A stretch of 55,122 nucleotides of DNA, from NCBI GenBank assembly GCA_018669975.1, contig JABHSK010000005.1:1-55122 (forward strand), given 5' to 3'. Below the pieces are notes generated by a model. It saw only the letters and a list, made by a program, of their open reading frames with translations. It searched no databases and was not told the DNA's origin. How positions within the stretch are numbered: the stretch's first letter is position 1; each line of letters opens with the position of its first letter. The translations under genes and the position numbers were made by a program. The DNA comes from Candidatus Parcubacteria bacterium. Its GTDB lineage: Bacteria; Patescibacteriota; Patescibacteriia; UBA1558; GWA2-36-10. Shown here piece by piece: positions 1 to 8,672 of this stretch.

Positions 1-40
1 TGGTTAACAGCCAACTGCTCTACCACTGAGCTACCTCGGA
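1..40 (-). tRNA. tRNA-Asn(GTT), 5' portion only (rest lies beyond window start)
   Basis: Reverse complement reads TCCGAGGTAGCTCAGTGGTAGAGCAGTTGGCTGTTAACCA. This gives an acceptor strand, a D-arm and the anticodon loop CTGTTAA (anticodon GTT). The gene is truncated by the window edge. Confidence 0.8.
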
Positions 41-63
41 ATACTATAGATTTACAGAAAGCT

Positions 64-140
64 TGGTAGCAGGGGGGAGAATTGAACTCCCGACCTCAGG
101 CTTATGAGTCCTGCGCTCTAACCAACTGAGCTACCCTGCC
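64..140 (-). tRNA. tRNA with CAT anticodon (elongator Met, or Ile2 if lysidine-modified)
   Basis: Reverse complement is GGCAGGGTAGCTCAGTTGGTTAGAGCGCAGGACTCATAAGCCTGAGGTCGGGAGTTCAATTCTCCCCCCTGCTACCA. It folds as a cloverleaf with a CTCATAA loop and an encoded CCA. Met and Ile2 identity cannot be separated by eye. Confidence 0.85.
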
Positions 141-167
141 TAGGGGTATGTATGATAAATAAAATTT

Positions 168-243
168 TGGTAGCGGGGGTCGGACTCGAACCGACGACCT
201 CCAGGTTATGGGCCTGGCGAGCTGCCAACTGCTCTACCCCGCG
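168..243 (-). tRNA. initiator tRNA-fMet(CAT)
   Basis: Reverse complement is CGCGGGGTAGAGCAGTTGGCAGCTCGCCAGGCCCATAACCTGGAGGTCGTCGGTTCGAGTCCGACCCCCGCTACCA. Position 1:72 is unpaired (C1 opposite U72), the anticodon stem is G-C rich next to the CAT loop, and CCA is encoded. Confidence 0.85.
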
Positions 244-321
244 TCGTAAATAAACGTAATTTTTAATGCTCACTTTATAAAGCATCAAAAGTATAAAGTA
301 TAATTGCTTTATTGACAAGTG

Positions 322-398
322 TGGTGGACCCAAGGAGACTCGAACTCCTGACCTCTTCCATGCCATGGAAGCGTTCTAGCCAACTGAACTATGGGCCC
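322..398 (-). tRNA. tRNA-Ala(GGC)
   Basis: Reverse complement is GGGCCCATAGTTCAGTTGGCTAGAACGCTTCCATGGCATGGAAGAGGTCAGGAGTTCGAGTCTCCTTGGGTCCACCA. The anticodon loop is ATGGCAT (GGC), the G3:U70 alanine identity pair is present, and CCA is encoded. Confidence 0.9.
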
Positions 399-399
399 T

Positions 400-486
400 T
401 GGTACCGAAGAGAGGACTTGAACCTCCACGGGGTTGCCCCCACTGGATTTTGAGTCCAGCGCGTCTACCAGTTCCGCCACTTCGGC
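400..486 (-). tRNA. tRNA-Leu(CAA), class II with long variable arm
   Basis: Reverse complement is GCCGAAGTGGCGGAACTGGTAGACGCGCTGGACTCAAAATCCAGTGGGGGCAACCCCGTGGAGGTTCAAGTCCTCTCTTCGGTACCA. The anticodon is CAA, the length is 87 nt, and there is a stem-loop variable arm. Confidence 0.9.
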
Positions 487-501
487 TAGTGAACAAACAT
501 G

Positions 502-530
502 ATTGTACAATAAAAATCAATTAAAGTCAA
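502..530 (-). promoter_or_regulatory. sigma70-like promoter for the tRNA cluster
   Basis: The minus strand reads TTGACT, 17 nt, TACAAT. This element ends about 15 nt upstream of the tRNA-Leu 5' end. Confidence 0.55.
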
Positions 531-675
531 TAGATAAAACCATTGTTTTTCCTTGGTAAATTGACAATATTAATTTTATTATATAATATTAAAAATCGTT
601 TTAGTTCATTTATAAATATCCTAATATAATTATTTCAAACAGACTTTGACCCAAAAACGTCTAAGGAGGACGAAA

Positions 676-1911
676 ATGCAGATGGAGCCATTGAAAAGGC
701 CAAAGCCGAACGGTGAATTAGCGCATATTAGTGCAAGGATGAAAAAATCGATTATCGGACAAGATTCGGTAGTTGATAAGATAGTCGATGCAATGGGTCG
801 TTTTACGGCTGGCATGTCCAATCCTGAAGGACCGTTGCTTAATATGCTTTTCTTGGGACCTACTGGTGTAGGCAAGACAGAGACTGTCAGGGTTTTATCC
901 GACGTTTTATTTGGGCACCGACGTGCTTTTACCAAGGTTGCTTGTGAAGAATATGCAGCGCATTATAATATTTCTAAGCTTTTGGGTTCTCCGCCTGGTT
1001 ATGTTGGTGGTGAGATTCGTCCTATCTTGGCGCAGGAAAACATAGATCGTCATCATCTCAAGGCTCGAGAGAATCAGAGCGGTATGGTTACTCGGACTGG
1101 CAGTAGGCTGGCCGATTTGTTTCCACCTGAAGCTGAAAAAAATCTATCTCTTATTCTTTTTGATGAAATTGAAAAAGGGCATCCCAAGCTGTGGAATACT
1201 CTACTCGGTGCTTTGGAAGACGGTGTCTTGGTACTCGGCAACAATGAGGAAGTTGACTTCCGTAATTCGATTATTATCTGTACTAGCAACATTGGTAGTC
1301 GTGCTCTGAGTGAGCGGCTTTCCAATAGCAATATTGGTTTTACAACCGACTCCGATAGCGATAAGACTGCTAGTGATATAGAAGCGACAGCTTTGCGTGA
1401 AGCCAAAAAACATTTTCCGATTGAATGGCTCAATCGGATGAATGAAATTATCTCTTTTCATCCTTTGGATAGAGAGCAGATGTTCAAGATTGCTAGAATT
1501 TTGATGCACAAGGTTTATGGTCGCTGTCTCATGTTCAAGAATTGCCCTTTTCTGTTAGAAGCAACCGACGAAGCAATGTGGCATTTGGTAGAATCTGGTA
1601 GCGACAAAGTTATGGGCGCCCGCCCATTACGTAATTTCATAGAGCAAGAGGTGGTCACACCCATTTCGCATTATATCAATGGAGAGGTAATCCAAAAGGG
1701 AGACTTGGTCTCCTTGGGTGTTGATGATAGCGGATTAGTCTTTACCAGAGTTCAGGGTATGTCTAGTCAGGATGACCTTGATAGAATGAAAAGCTCGTTG
1801 GAGTCTCGGTGGCTAGCGACTGATCTAGGCGTCAAAGACTCTACTGGAGAAAAGAAGAAGTTGCCTGCCAAGGAAGAAGGTGGAGTAATTAGGGCTCAAG
1901 AGCCCGATTAG
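676..1911 (+). CDS. stand-alone AAA+ ATPase corresponding to a ClpA/B/C D2 module (AAA_2 plus D2-small domain)
   Basis: Motifs present are IIGQD, Walker A LGPTGVGKT, SPPGYVGG, Walker B LILFDEIEKGHP, TSNIG and sensor-2 GARPLRNFIE. I prefer the ATG at 676 because AAGGAGGA lies 6 nt upstream; the ORF track's TTG at 646 is less likely. There is no Clp N-domain and no D1. Confidence 0.85.
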   Translation: MQMEPLKRPKPNGELAHISARMKKSIIGQDSVVDKIVDAMGRFTAGMSNPEGPLLNMLFLGPTGVGKTETVRVLSDVLFGHRRAFTKVACEEYAAHYNISKLLGSPPGYVGGEIRPILAQENIDRHHLKARENQSGMVTRTGSRLADLFPPEAEKNLSLILFDEIEKGHPKLWNTLLGALEDGVLVLGNNEEVDFRNSIIICTSNIGSRALSERLSNSNIGFTTDSDSDKTASDIEATALREAKKHFPIEWLNRMNEIISFHPLDREQMFKIARILMHKVYGRCLMFKNCPFLLEATDEAMWHLVESGSDKVMGARPLRNFIEQEVVTPISHYINGEVIQKGDLVSLGVDDSGLVFTRVQGMSSQDDLDRMKSSLESRWLATDLGVKDSTGEKKKLPAKEEGGVIRAQEPD

Positions 1912-1919
1912 GATATATG

Positions 1920-1947
1920 GCGTGTCTCAGAGGAGACACGCTTTTTT
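1920..1947 (+). terminator. rho-independent terminator
   Basis: GCGTGTCTC, a 4-nt AGAG loop, GAGACACGC, then TTTTTT. This lies 9 nt after the stop codon. Confidence 0.85.
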
Positions 1948-2031
1948 ATTTGGGTGAATATTTAGCCTATGTTATAATAATAATGTAAGGATCTTTATAA
2001 AACCATAGCTATAAATCATTAAAAAAAGCTT

Positions 2032-2307
2032 ATGGCTAAACATTTCAACATAAAAATACAGGGTCGCGTGCATGGGATTGGTTTGCGCCACTTTCTTAGT
2101 AAAAAGGCAGAAGAACTAGGTATTTGTGGTTTTGTTAGCAATCAAGCAGACGGATCAGTCTATGTGGAAGCTGAGGGGCAGGAGGATATTTTACAAGAAT
2201 TTTGCAATTTTTGTAAAAAGGGGAATGCCTGGTCTAAGGTCACGGATGTCGATATTAAAAAAGATGCACTGAAAGATTTTACAGATTTTTCTATTATAGT
2301 TGAATAA
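2032..2307 (+). CDS. acyP: acylphosphatase
   Basis: 91 aa. The protein has the signature VxGxVQGVxFR-like start (IQGRVHGIGLRHF) and CGFVSNQADGSVYVEAEG. Confidence 0.85.
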   Translation: MAKHFNIKIQGRVHGIGLRHFLSKKAEELGICGFVSNQADGSVYVEAEGQEDILQEFCNFCKKGNAWSKVTDVDIKKDALKDFTDFSIIVE

Positions 2308-2374
2308 AGATGGTTTGTTTTTTGGGCACCTTTTTGATATCATAAGTATAATCATAATATTAATTATAAAAATT

Positions 2375-3442
2375 ATGGAATTTTTTGAGCAATTTAAAAA
2401 TGTATCCTTTTGGGGGAATACAGGCTATGAATATTTTCTAGCCTTTGCAATTTTTGTAGGCCTACTTATTGTCCTAAAGGTTTTTCAGGTTATTATTTTA
2501 TCTCATCTACATAAATTAGCCCTTAAGACACAGACAGATATAGATGACATGCTGATAGAAGTTTTTAAAAAGATAAAACCACCATTTTATCTTTTTGTGT
2601 CAGTTTATTTTAGCATCAAAATATTAAATGTATCCGATCTGTTTAATAAGGTGTTGCTAGTCTTATTTTTGATAGCGATTGTTTTTGAGGTGGTGCATGC
2701 TATTGAGAGGGTATTAGATTTTGTGATTAGAAAATATTTAGAAAGAACCCAGGAAGAGGGAGAGGACAATCAACATTCAGAATCCATGATAAATTTACTT
2801 AAGATAATCGTTAAGATTATTTTATGGGTTATGGGATTCTTGCTTATCTTATCCAATCTTGGTGTCAACATAACGTCACTCGTGGCTGGTATGGGTATTG
2901 GTGGTATCGCTATTGCTCTAGCCCTGCAGAATGTTCTTAGTGATTTGTTTTCCGCTTTTTCTATCTATATAGATAAACCATTTAAAGTTGGTGATCATAT
3001 TAAAATTGGTACAGATCGTGGTATGGTGGAAAAGATTGGCATGAAGAGTACTAGAATTAGAACTCTACAGGGTGAGCAGTTGATAGTTTCAAATAAAGAA
3101 TTAACCAGTGTTAGAATTCAGAATTTTAGGCGCATGGAAGAAAGACGAGTTAGTTTCCGATTGGGCGTCACCTATGATACACCACATAAAAAACTAGAGG
3201 CCATTCCAGGTTTTATGGAAGAGATCGCCAACAAGGTAGACCTAGTAAAATTTAATCGTTCTTTCTTTGTAGAATATGATGATTCTAGTCTTATTTTTGA
3301 AACAGTGATTTTTGTGTCTTCTAAGGAAATGCAAGATTATCTAGAATCCATGCAGGAGATCAATTTGGCTATCTATAAGAAGTTCGAACAGGAAAAAATA
3401 GAGTTTGCCTATCCTACGCAGACTATTCATGTGAACAAATAA
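2375..3442 (+). CDS. mechanosensitive ion channel, MscS family
   Basis: The N-terminal half is multi-TM, followed by the MscS beta-domain motifs GIGGIAIALALQNVLSDLFS and PFKVGDHIKIG...GMVEKIGMKSTRIRT. The ATG at 2375 is preferred over the TTG at 2300. Confidence 0.85.
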   Translation: MEFFEQFKNVSFWGNTGYEYFLAFAIFVGLLIVLKVFQVIILSHLHKLALKTQTDIDDMLIEVFKKIKPPFYLFVSVYFSIKILNVSDLFNKVLLVLFLIAIVFEVVHAIERVLDFVIRKYLERTQEEGEDNQHSESMINLLKIIVKIILWVMGFLLILSNLGVNITSLVAGMGIGGIAIALALQNVLSDLFSAFSIYIDKPFKVGDHIKIGTDRGMVEKIGMKSTRIRTLQGEQLIVSNKELTSVRIQNFRRMEERRVSFRLGVTYDTPHKKLEAIPGFMEEIANKVDLVKFNRSFFVEYDDSSLIFETVIFVSSKEMQDYLESMQEINLAIYKKFEQEKIEFAYPTQTIHVNK

Positions 3443-4206
3443 TGAGCGAGTTAAAAATATTATGTTGGAACGTCAATGGCATTAGAGCTGTCATTCGCAA
3501 AGGTTTTCTAGATTTTCTCAAAAAACAAAAACCTGACATTTTATGTATTCAGGAAATAAAAATATCAGACACTGCTCGACATGAGCAGCAGTTTGATTTT
3601 CCTGGCTATCAGGAGTTTTGGAACTCAGCTCAGCGACCAGGTTATAGTGGTACAGCCATTTTAGTTAAAGATGGGATTAAGGTTAATTATTTAGATAGCT
3701 TATCCTGGGATGACGAGGGTCGTGTACAAATTTTAGATGTAGGTAAATATTATTTAGTGAATATTTATTTTCCTAATGCTAATCATGAATTGTCACGTTT
3801 AGATTTCAAAATAAAGTTCTCTGATAAATTATTACTTCATCTTAAAAAATTGGAAAAGAAAAAGCCACTGATAATTACCGGTGATTATAATGTGGCTCAC
3901 AATGAAATTGATTTAGCTAGGCCTAAGCCAAATGTTGGTAATCCAGGCTTTACAGCTGAAGAGAGGGCTTGGATGAATAAGTTTTTAGGCAAAGGTTTTA
4001 AGGATACATTTCGTGAGTTGCATCCCAATAAAATACAGTATTCTTGGTGGAGTTATCGAGCTAACGCTCGTGTTAATAATGTTGGTTGGCGGATAGATTA
4101 TTTTTGCGTGTCTAATAAAATATTAAAAAAAATAAGGCGAGCTTATATACTGGATAAAATTTTAGGATCAGATCATGCGCCTGTAGGTATAGAAATTGAT
4201 GAATAA
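3442..4206 (+). CDS. xth: exodeoxyribonuclease III / AP endonuclease
   Basis: Motifs are ILCWNVNGIRA, ILCIQEIK, YSGTAIL, ITGDYNVAH, WRIDYF and GSDHAPV, typical of the EEP-fold Xth family. The start overlaps the previous stop (TAATG). Confidence 0.9.
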   Translation: MSELKILCWNVNGIRAVIRKGFLDFLKKQKPDILCIQEIKISDTARHEQQFDFPGYQEFWNSAQRPGYSGTAILVKDGIKVNYLDSLSWDDEGRVQILDVGKYYLVNIYFPNANHELSRLDFKIKFSDKLLLHLKKLEKKKPLIITGDYNVAHNEIDLARPKPNVGNPGFTAEERAWMNKFLGKGFKDTFRELHPNKIQYSWWSYRANARVNNVGWRIDYFCVSNKILKKIRRAYILDKILGSDHAPVGIEIDE

Positions 4207-4233
4207 AAAAACTGCCTTTTAGGCAGTTTTTTT
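4205..4233. terminator. bidirectional terminator between convergent genes
   Basis: ACTGCC, a 5-nt loop, GGCAGT. The hairpin is flanked by an A-run on the left and a T-run on the right. Confidence 0.7.
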
Positions 4234-5356
4234 AATAAATGTAATCTGGATAATAATTTCTGGCATTCCACAATAGCCAGCCCTCGGTAGTCTCAGCTGC
4301 TTCGCTGGCATCAGCCTGGGCGTCTATTTTAGCCTTATCATAAATAGCTCGAATATTGAAGGCCTGCAGCCAAGGTCTAAGTTTAGCTTTTTTATCTTTC
4401 ATAGTTGAAGAGCTGATATCTAAGCCATAGGATATGACAGCACCAGGGTGTTCAGCTGAATTACTAAAGCCTAGATAGTTGAGTGGGTAGTGTGACGGAT
4501 ACATCATCGGGCAGACATAATCAAAATGATCAGCGGCATCTGCTAGTATTTGACCAATATTAAGATCATATTCATCATCAGTATGGTCAAGTACTAGTCC
4601 AAAGGTGTCTATGGAGATAGTAGTTAGGTCAGATAAATTTTCATCTAGATAGGCAAAAAACTTTTTCATCATACTAGCCTTTGTCTCTTCCCGGGGTATT
4701 TGATAATCAACAATGGCCATATTGCCATCGCTGGGATAGCGCATATAGTCAAAATTTATTTCATCAAAACCTAATTCAGTAGCTTCTTTGGCAATAGCCA
4801 GGTTATATTCCCAAACTTCTTTCTTTCCTGGATCGAGCCAAGCTAGACCATTCTTGTCATGCCAAATATTACCCCCGGTAGTTTTCATAGCCAGATTGGG
4901 TTTGGCATTGGCCAGGACTGGATCTTGAAAGACAGTCTGACGGGCGATGACATAAATATCTGCTTGATGGAACTCATCGATGATTTGTTTGATGTCTGGC
5001 ATTCGAACTCTAATGGCATCAATCTCAATTAGGTCTTCTAATTGGCTGTCATAGAGTATGTAGCCAGAATAATCTTTGATATCTATTACCACAGTATTAA
5101 TTCTGCCGGTTTTCATCTTTTCTATTATTGATTGTCGGAAGGCGACATTGCCAGTTGAATAGGCCGTTAGATAAATACCGCGAACATAATCGGGATGATA
5201 TGATTTTTTAGTAACAACATCTGGCTTATCATTATTAGCTACAGGATATGGTCGAGTATTGCTAGCTGGCATATTATAGTTGAACAACAAAACAACAATA
5301 GTTGTCACTACGTATAAGGTAAGATAACTAAATATATTTTTTTCTGTTTTAGTCAT
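4232..5356 (-). CDS. putative glycoside-hydrolase-like TIM-barrel protein (DUF4015/GHL type), membrane-anchored
   Basis: There is an N-terminal TM segment. The motifs GIYLTAYS..INTVVIDIKDYSGYILY..IYVIARQTVFQD..GFDEINFDYMRYP resemble the putative glycosyl hydrolase domain family. The family assignment is from memory. Confidence 0.65.
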   Translation of the reverse strand: MTKTEKNIFSYLTLYVVTTIVVLLFNYNMPASNTRPYPVANNDKPDVVTKKSYHPDYVRGIYLTAYSTGNVAFRQSIIEKMKTGRINTVVIDIKDYSGYILYDSQLEDLIEIDAIRVRMPDIKQIIDEFHQADIYVIARQTVFQDPVLANAKPNLAMKTTGGNIWHDKNGLAWLDPGKKEVWEYNLAIAKEATELGFDEINFDYMRYPSDGNMAIVDYQIPREETKASMMKKFFAYLDENLSDLTTISIDTFGLVLDHTDDEYDLNIGQILADAADHFDYVCPMMYPSHYPLNYLGFSNSAEHPGAVISYGLDISSSTMKDKKAKLRPWLQAFNIRAIYDKAKIDAQADASEAAETTEGWLLWNARNYYPDYIY

Positions 5357-5435
5357 ATATTGACATTATATACTAAAAAATTAAGCCTGGAAAATACAGT
5401 TGATTAATTATAGTATTTTCACTACAATATATACT

Positions 5436-6650
5436 ATGAAATATGTAATTATAGGCATTATTATAGTAAGTGGGCTATTTTTAGCGAGTCGCTTTATTTT
5501 TTTCGATAAAAACGACTTAGATAGCAATTTACAGCACGTAAATGAGGCCAAGGCCGAGCCATTGGATAGGGAGGTTGTAGTTGAGATTGAGTCAGGTAGG
5601 ACATTTTCTGATATCACCGAGGAGGTTGGTATTGGTGGTACTCTGATGCATGAAATTTTAACAGCCTCTGAAGAGGTCTATGATTTAGTCAAAGTTAGGG
5701 TAGGTCGCGAAATGAAGTTTTATTTTGATAAAGAAACTGATGAATTTAAACAGTTGATTTATCCAGTCGATACTGAAGAGGAGCTTTATATTACCGTACA
5801 AGAAGATGCTAGTATTTTAGCTGAACGTAAGACAATAGAGTATGAAATAAGAGTTAAGACTGTCGGCGGTTCAATCGAATCTTCACTTTATGAGTCAGCC
5901 GTTGAGCAGGGAATTGATATTAGAGCAATTATTGATTTGGCAGACGTTTTTGCTTGGACAGTAGACTTTGGTATGGGTATTCGTCAGGGGGACACCTATA
6001 GTTTTATTTTTGAAGAACGATATCGTAACGGCGAGTATATTATGCCAGGGCAAATAATTGCCGCTCGTTTTGTAAACGATGGTAAAAACATAGAGGGTTA
6101 CTACTTTAATGAAGGAGAAGATGAAGAAGGGTTGGTTGTTGATGGGTATTTTGATCTCAATGGTGACTCACTACAAAAAATATTTTTAAAGAATCCAGTC
6201 TCCTTTAAATATATTAGTTCCAACTTTACTACTGGCAGGAGATATGTAGAAGCTTTCAATGTTAGTACTGGTCATAGAGCTATTGATTACGCCGCTGCAG
6301 CTGGTACACCGATTCGAGCTGTGGGTGATGGTCAGGTGACATCTGCTGGTTGGAATAGCAGTGGCTATGGCAACCGTGTTAGCGTCAGGCACAACAGTCT
6401 ATATAGCACTAATTATGCTCATATGAGCAAAATATATGTTAAATATGGACAGCAGGTGCAGCAGGGTGATGTCATTGGCGCTGTTGGCTCCACAGGATTT
6501 TCTACTGGGCCTCATCTTCATTTTGAAATGGTGAAAAGTGGTACCAAGATAAATCCTTTAACTGTTGACTTGCCATCTGACAAGGCTGTATCCGAAGACA
6601 GGTTGGGAGAATTCCAAGAGTATATTAAACAGTGGCAAGTACAATTATAA
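5436..6650 (+). CDS. M23 family peptidoglycan metalloendopeptidase, membrane-anchored
   Basis: There is an N-terminal TM segment. The C-terminal M23 motifs are GHRAIDYAAAAGTPIRAVGDG and GSTGFSTGPHLHFEM. The ATG at 5436 is preferred because TTGATT-17-TACAAT lies inside the track's upstream TTG extension. Confidence 0.85.
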   Translation: MKYVIIGIIIVSGLFLASRFIFFDKNDLDSNLQHVNEAKAEPLDREVVVEIESGRTFSDITEEVGIGGTLMHEILTASEEVYDLVKVRVGREMKFYFDKETDEFKQLIYPVDTEEELYITVQEDASILAERKTIEYEIRVKTVGGSIESSLYESAVEQGIDIRAIIDLADVFAWTVDFGMGIRQGDTYSFIFEERYRNGEYIMPGQIIAARFVNDGKNIEGYYFNEGEDEEGLVVDGYFDLNGDSLQKIFLKNPVSFKYISSNFTTGRRYVEAFNVSTGHRAIDYAAAAGTPIRAVGDGQVTSAGWNSSGYGNRVSVRHNSLYSTNYAHMSKIYVKYGQQVQQGDVIGAVGSTGFSTGPHLHFEMVKSGTKINPLTVDLPSDKAVSEDRLGEFQEYIKQWQVQL

Positions 6651-6664
6651 AATTAAATAAAAAT

Positions 6665-6922
6665 ATGAATAATAAACCCTATATCCCACCAAAAAATTTA
6701 CAGAACAAAATGAAGCCAGCTACTACATCAGGAAACGCTGATAAATCAAATTGGACAATGTCCTACCGTTTGCAGGGCATGGCGATTGGTTTGATAGCAG
6801 TGGCAATCTATTGTTATACATATTTACAATATTGGCCAAAAACACTGATAATATCAGCTGGAATTTTCGGATATTTTGCTGGCTGGGTAGTTGGATCTTG
6901 GGCGTATAAGAAAAAAGACTAA
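6665..6922 (+). CDS. small membrane protein, unknown function
   Basis: 85 aa counted from the ATG at 6665. Two hydrophobic helices are present (MAIGLIAVAIYCY, ISAGIFGYFAGWVVG). I recognise no family. Confidence 0.5.
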   Translation: MNNKPYIPPKNLQNKMKPATTSGNADKSNWTMSYRLQGMAIGLIAVAIYCYTYLQYWPKTLIISAGIFGYFAGWVVGSWAYKKKD

Positions 6923-6980
6923 ACATATTTGTTTATTTAGCTCTAATTCTGTATAATTAGTATAGTTTTTAATTTTATTT

Positions 6981-7748
6981 ATGGCGCGAATCATTGCGAT
7001 AGTTAATCAAAAAGGAGGCGTAGGAAAAACCACCACCACCATCAATTTGGCTGCGTGGTTGGCTGAGTTTGGCAAGAAAGTTTTGATTGTCGATGTAGAT
7101 CCGCAGGGCAATGCTTCATCTGGCCTAGGTTTAGATTATAAAAATATAAATAAAAGTATATACGATGTTTTGGTAGATTCTAATACTAGAATCACTGAGG
7201 TCATTAAATCTTACCAGCCAAATTTACATATCTTACCAGCCAATCCTGATTTAGCTGGTGCTAGTATAGATTTAGTAGAACATGATAGTCGGGAGTTTAA
7301 ACTGCAGGAAAATTTGCAGGAAGTGATAGATCTTTACGATTTTATTCTAATAGATAATCCACCGTCACTTGGTTTGTTGACTATTAATGGTTTAGTGGCT
7401 GCTAGAGAGATATTAATTCCAGTGCAGTGTGAATATTATGCTTTGGAAGGTTTATCACAACTTTTAAATACCATTGAGTTAATCCAAAAACATTTGCAAC
7501 CAGATTTGAAAGTATTGGGAGCACTTATGACCATGTACGACAGTCGTAATAAATTATCGTCAGATGTTTTTAATGAATTATATAAACATTTCCCTGCTAA
7601 AATATTTCGAAGTGTAATTCCACGTAATGTTCGTGTGGCGGAATCACCTTCCCATGGTATGCCGCTCAAGGATTATGCTGCCAATTCAGTAGGCTCTAAT
7701 GCTTACAAGCGTTTGGCGCAGGAAGTTATTTTGACAACAACTAGTTAA
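6981..7748 (+). CDS. parA: chromosome partitioning ATPase ParA/Soj
   Basis: It has the deviant Walker A NQKGGVGKTTT. Other motifs are VDVDPQGNAS and IDNPPSLG, and parB is adjacent. Confidence 0.92.
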   Translation: MARIIAIVNQKGGVGKTTTTINLAAWLAEFGKKVLIVDVDPQGNASSGLGLDYKNINKSIYDVLVDSNTRITEVIKSYQPNLHILPANPDLAGASIDLVEHDSREFKLQENLQEVIDLYDFILIDNPPSLGLLTINGLVAAREILIPVQCEYYALEGLSQLLNTIELIQKHLQPDLKVLGALMTMYDSRNKLSSDVFNELYKHFPAKIFRSVIPRNVRVAESPSHGMPLKDYAANSVGSNAYKRLAQEVILTTTS

Positions 7749-7769
7749 TAATTATAAATAAAAATAAAA

Positions 7770-8636
7770 ATGTCAGCTTTAGGAAAAGGACTGGGTTCTC
7801 TAATACCCAATAAAAAACCAATCGAAGGAGCTAGTGGTTTCACAGGCTCTGATGATGATTTTGATACAGCCGGTAAAAAAATTCATTATGTATCACCTGA
7901 TAAGATTAGTTCAAATCCCTGGCAACCACGTACGCATTTTGATAGAGGCAAGTTGGATGAATTAGCGGAGTCTATCAAGCAGCATGGTATTTTACAACCA
8001 TTAGTAGTCACCAAAGAAACCGATGGTTATCAATTGATAGCTGGCGAAAGAAGGCTCAAAGCAGCGGGGATATTAAATCTATCAGAGGTGCCGATTATTA
8101 TTAGAGAGGCAAGTGATAGAGATAAATTAGAACTTTCTATTATTGAAAATATTCAACGTCGTGATTTAAATCCAGTTGAAACAGCTAATAGTTACAAACG
8201 TCTAATGGAAGAATTTGGGCTTAGCTATGATCAAATTGGTGAGCAAGTTGGCAAGAGTCCGTCTACTGTCTCCAACATGATTCGCATTCTTAAATTACCT
8301 GTAGTGGTTAAAGAGGCTATAGAAGAAGGTAAAATTACCTTATCACATGCCAAATATATTTTGAGTTTTCCAACTAAAGCAGAACAAATAAAGATATTCA
8401 AAAAGGTTCTCAAGGAAAGTATGAGTATTGGTAATTTAGGTGAGTTAGCCAAAAAGACTGCTGCCAAAGATAAACAAAAACAGCCGCGGGATCCTGTGTT
8501 AGCTTCATGGGAAGATAAAATTACTAAGAACTTAGGAGCCAAGACGACTATTCAAAAACGAGGAGAAAGAGGACAAATAAAAATTAAGTTTTTCTCTCAC
8601 GCAGAATTAAAAAATATATTAGATAAACTAGAATAA
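7770..8636 (+). CDS. parB: chromosome partitioning protein ParB/Spo0J
   Basis: ParB box motifs are NPWQPR, GILQPLVV and LIAGERRLKAA. The HTH segment reads YDQIGEQVGKSPSTVSNMIRIL. Confidence 0.92.
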   Translation: MSALGKGLGSLIPNKKPIEGASGFTGSDDDFDTAGKKIHYVSPDKISSNPWQPRTHFDRGKLDELAESIKQHGILQPLVVTKETDGYQLIAGERRLKAAGILNLSEVPIIIREASDRDKLELSIIENIQRRDLNPVETANSYKRLMEEFGLSYDQIGEQVGKSPSTVSNMIRILKLPVVVKEAIEEGKITLSHAKYILSFPTKAEQIKIFKKVLKESMSIGNLGELAKKTAAKDKQKQPRDPVLASWEDKITKNLGAKTTIQKRGERGQIKIKFFSHAELKNILDKLE

Positions 8637-8644
8637 AAAAATAG

Positions 8645-8672
8645 CCCCGACGTAGCTGCGGGGTTATTTTTT
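8645..8672. terminator. bidirectional terminator (parB / rel convergent)
   Basis: The CCCCG...CGGGG hairpin is flanked by an A-run upstream and a T-run downstream. Confidence 0.6.

Noticed and set aside
118-524. ORF-track entries 118..366 (-) and 312..524 (+) as protein-coding genes
   Set aside because: Both lie entirely over the tRNA-Met/fMet/Ala/Leu genes. Their open frames are by-products of the structured tRNA sequence.
1074-1509. Antisense ORFs 1074..1433 and 1201..1509 (-), together with the many other 60-100 aa opposite-strand or off-frame ORFs in the track (for example 8231..8542, 13143..13436, 14035..14430, 24709..24984, 35001..36323 plus-strand set, 50914..51378, 53112..53551)
   Set aside because: Each is nested inside a longer ORF that has clear family motifs. 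They have low-complexity or odd composition and no start signals, which is typical of shadow ORFs.
7837-7843. parS site near parAB (GTTTCAC half-site inside parB)
   Set aside because: Only one half of the TGTTTCACGTGAAACA palindrome is present, so it is most likely a chance match. No full parS-like palindrome was spotted in the window by eye, and a proper pattern search is still needed.
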